A DNA stretch of 61,486 nucleotides from Candidatus Limnocylindria bacterium. Lineage in GTDB: Bacteria; Chloroflexota; Limnocylindria; P2-11E. Shown here one piece after another: positions 59,847-61,486 of this stretch (its first letter is position 1; the number at the start of each line of letters is the position of its first letter). The position numbers and the translations under genes are program-made. The notes under the pieces were generated by a model. That model had not been told where the DNA came from, did not search any database, and saw only the letters and a program-made list of their open reading frames with translations. The stretch is from the NCBI GenBank assembly GCA_041493915.1, contig JBGPZT010000002.1, forward strand, positions 1-61,486, read 5' to 3'.

Positions 59847-61486
59847 CGTCCGAACAGTCTGCCGAAGAACCCGACGCGCTCTGTTCTGGCGTCGGCAGCC
59901 TCCGGGCGCTCGTCGGCCTCGGCCGCGTGGCCACTGTCGCCAGCGGCGCGCCCTCCCTCGATCGCGTACGGGATGCTCGCGCGAACGATGCTGCCTTTGC
60001 CTGGTTCGCTCCGCACCACGAGATGGCCGCTCGCGGCTTCGGCGCGCTCGCGCATGCCCACGACGCCGAAGTGCCCGCGCTCCTCGGCGCCGCGGAACGT
60101 CTCATCGACGTCGAATCCTTTGCCGTCGTCCTCGATGGTCACGACTACGCCGTCCTGGTCGTACAGAAGCGCGACCTTCGCCGTGGTCGCGCCGGCGTGC
60201 TGCGCCACGTTGCGGAGCGCCTCGCCCACGATGCGGATCACCGCGCGTTCGACAGCGGCGTCCAGCTCGCGTGCCTCGCCGCTCTCCTCCATCTGGACCT
60301 GAAGCCCGGTCTGTCGGCGCAGGTCGTCGACGAGCCGGCCAAGCGTGACCGGAAGATTCAGCCCGCCCGTCTCGCTCTGACGCAGCGCGGTCATGTACTG
60401 GCGCACGTCCATCAGCGTGGCGCGCGCGTCACGCGACGCTTTTGCGAGCTGTGGGCCGAGGAGCGCAGGGTCCTTGTCCAGCGCGCGCTGACAACCCTCG
60501 AGTGCGAGCACGACGCCGGTGAGCTCCTGCGCGAGCCCATCGTGCAGCTCCTGCGCTATCTTGCGCCGCTCGGTCGACACACCTTGATCGACCACGTCGG
60601 TGGTCGACGAGCGCTGCAGCAGCCCGGTGAGGTACTCGGCGACATTGAGGCTGAAGTCAGCGTCGTCCTCGGTATATGGAGCGGAGGCGCGCGCCATCAC
60701 GAGAACGCCGAGGGCGCCGATCGGGATCAGGAGGTAGTGCGCGCATGCGGGCGGCGCCCAGCCCGGAGCGTTCTTAAGCTCGCGGAAGGAGCCGCGCGCG
60801 GCGCGCTTCTCGCGCAGCACCGTGGCGAGGATCGTGTCCGATTCCTCGACGGGCACCTCGGACACGCCCTCCGCGTAGCCAGTAGCCGCACGGAGGCGCA
60901 GTCGATGTTCCGCCAGCGCCCAGATCCCGACGGCATCGTGACCCAGGGTGCCCGAGAGCATCATCGCCGCGCCGTCGAGGTCGCTCTGCACGTCGGCGCC
61001 GAGCGTCGCGAGCCGCGCCAGCTCGAAGAGGACCATCGCCTGCTTGCGGTCTTCCTCGGCCTGGTGCAGGCGTGCCTCGGTCTCCTGCGTCTGTTTGCTC
61101 GTGCGCCAGAGCGCGTTCGCGTCGGCGAGCTCGATGCCCGCGAGCCCCGCGAGCCGCTCCAGCATGGGCAGATCGTCCGACCCGATCTCGCGCCCGGCGA
61201 CGAGCGCCGCAAGCGCGCCCGCGATCTGGTCGCGCCACACGATCGGTGCGGCGAGCAGCGTTTCCGCAGATCGACCGTCGGAAAGCTGGAGCGCGCCGTT
61301 CTGCAGCTGCTCGGTGGTGCCGGTGTCGACGACGCGCTGCAGCATCTCGCGCGCGGCTCCGTCCCAGCCGGTCTCCGGCATGTTGTGCGCGACATAGGTC
61401 GAAAGACCGGCCTGCCCCGGCAGCACGATCGCGATGCCGTCGAGTCGTCCTAGCGCGGCCAGGTGCGCGAGGCGCGCCGACCAGAA
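59843..61486 (-). CDS. GAF-domain sensor histidine kinase, HisKA_3/NarX-type (5' end runs off the window)
   Basis: Has the H-box RRKIAQELHDGLAQELTG, the HATPase_c motifs VGEALRNVAQHAGA and DDGKGFD...GHFGVVGMRERA, and GAF-like N-terminal regions. The frame stays open upstream of the first Met to position 61486. Confidence 0.85.
   Translation of the reverse strand, partial: FWSARLAHLAALGRLDGIAIVLPGQAGLSTYVAHNMPETGWDGAAREMLQRVVDTGTTEQLQNGALQLSDGRSAETLLAAPIVWRDQIAGALAALVAGREIGSDDLPMLERLAGLAGIELADANALWRTSKQTQETEARLHQAEEDRKQAMVLFELARLATLGADVQSDLDGAAMMLSGTLGHDAVGIWALAEHRLRLRAATGYAEGVSEVPVEESDTILATVLREKRAARGSFRELKNAPGWAPPACAHYLLIPIGALGVLVMARASAPYTEDDADFSLNVAEYLTGLLQRSSTTDVVDQGVSTERRKIAQELHDGLAQELTGVVLALEGCQRALDKDPALLGPQLAKASRDARATLMDVRQYMTALRQSETGGLNLPVTLGRLVDDLRRQTGLQVQMEESGEARELDAAVERAVIRIVGEALRNVAQHAGATTAKVALLYDQDGVVVTIEDDGKGFDVDETFRGAEERGHFGVVGMRERAEAASGHLVVRSEPGKGSIVRASIPYAIEGGRAAGDSGHAAEADERPEAADARTERVGFFGRLFGR

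Overview
This is a 61.5-kb window from a very GC-rich bacterial chromosome. Hand counts of typical lines give about 70-80% GC, and the taxon cannot be fixed from the sequence alone. It is densely coding, and many gene junctions show ATGA/GTGA/TGATG start-stop overlaps, which suggests long translationally coupled operons.

Recognisable content, 5' to 3':
- a phosphotransferase and a HAD hydrolase
- a minus-strand block of ABC-2 exporter, DUF47-PiT phosphate uptake, S8 subtilase, HD-GYP and two mini-ORFs
- YvcK and argF
- tRNA-His(GTG) with a lower-GC LAGLIDADG-type endonuclease gene at its 3' end
- a complete System I cytochrome c maturation operon (ccmABCDEFGHI) plus a cytochrome c
- an ECF sigma / anti-sigma pair
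- dxs, an SDR, an SGNH hydrolase, and a thioredoxin reductase fused to a cNMP-binding domain
- stand-alone CheY-like receivers and an NYN-domain protein
- tldD/pmbA
- a copper cluster (cytochrome c, CopCD, YcnI-like)
- two Fur-family regulators with NiCoT and Zn/Mn-type ABC importers
- Trm112, Mrp/NBP35 and a flippase-like protein

Two loci look new.
1. At 2497-5845, a subtilase C-terminus consists of nine tandem V[TS]WEx pentapeptides. It is coupled to an HD-GYP membrane protein and to two mini-proteins missing from the ORF track that end in the same GVTWE(E)/GITWE tag.
2. At 46.6-61.5 kb, a 1729-aa protein combines receiver, GspE_N/MshEN-like, TM, FecR, a ~185-triplet collagen-like Gly-X-Y region, and a T/G/N-rich repeat and globular tail. 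It is followed by three paralogous single-pass membrane proteins, a TPR lipoprotein, a large polytopic membrane protein, and a c-di-GMP-I (GEMM-I) riboswitch in front of a secreted HExxH peptidase. Two NarL-type regulators and a GAF histidine kinase bracket the locus.

I saw no CRISPR array, transposase or integrase. All family assignments come from motif recognition by eye and need database confirmation.
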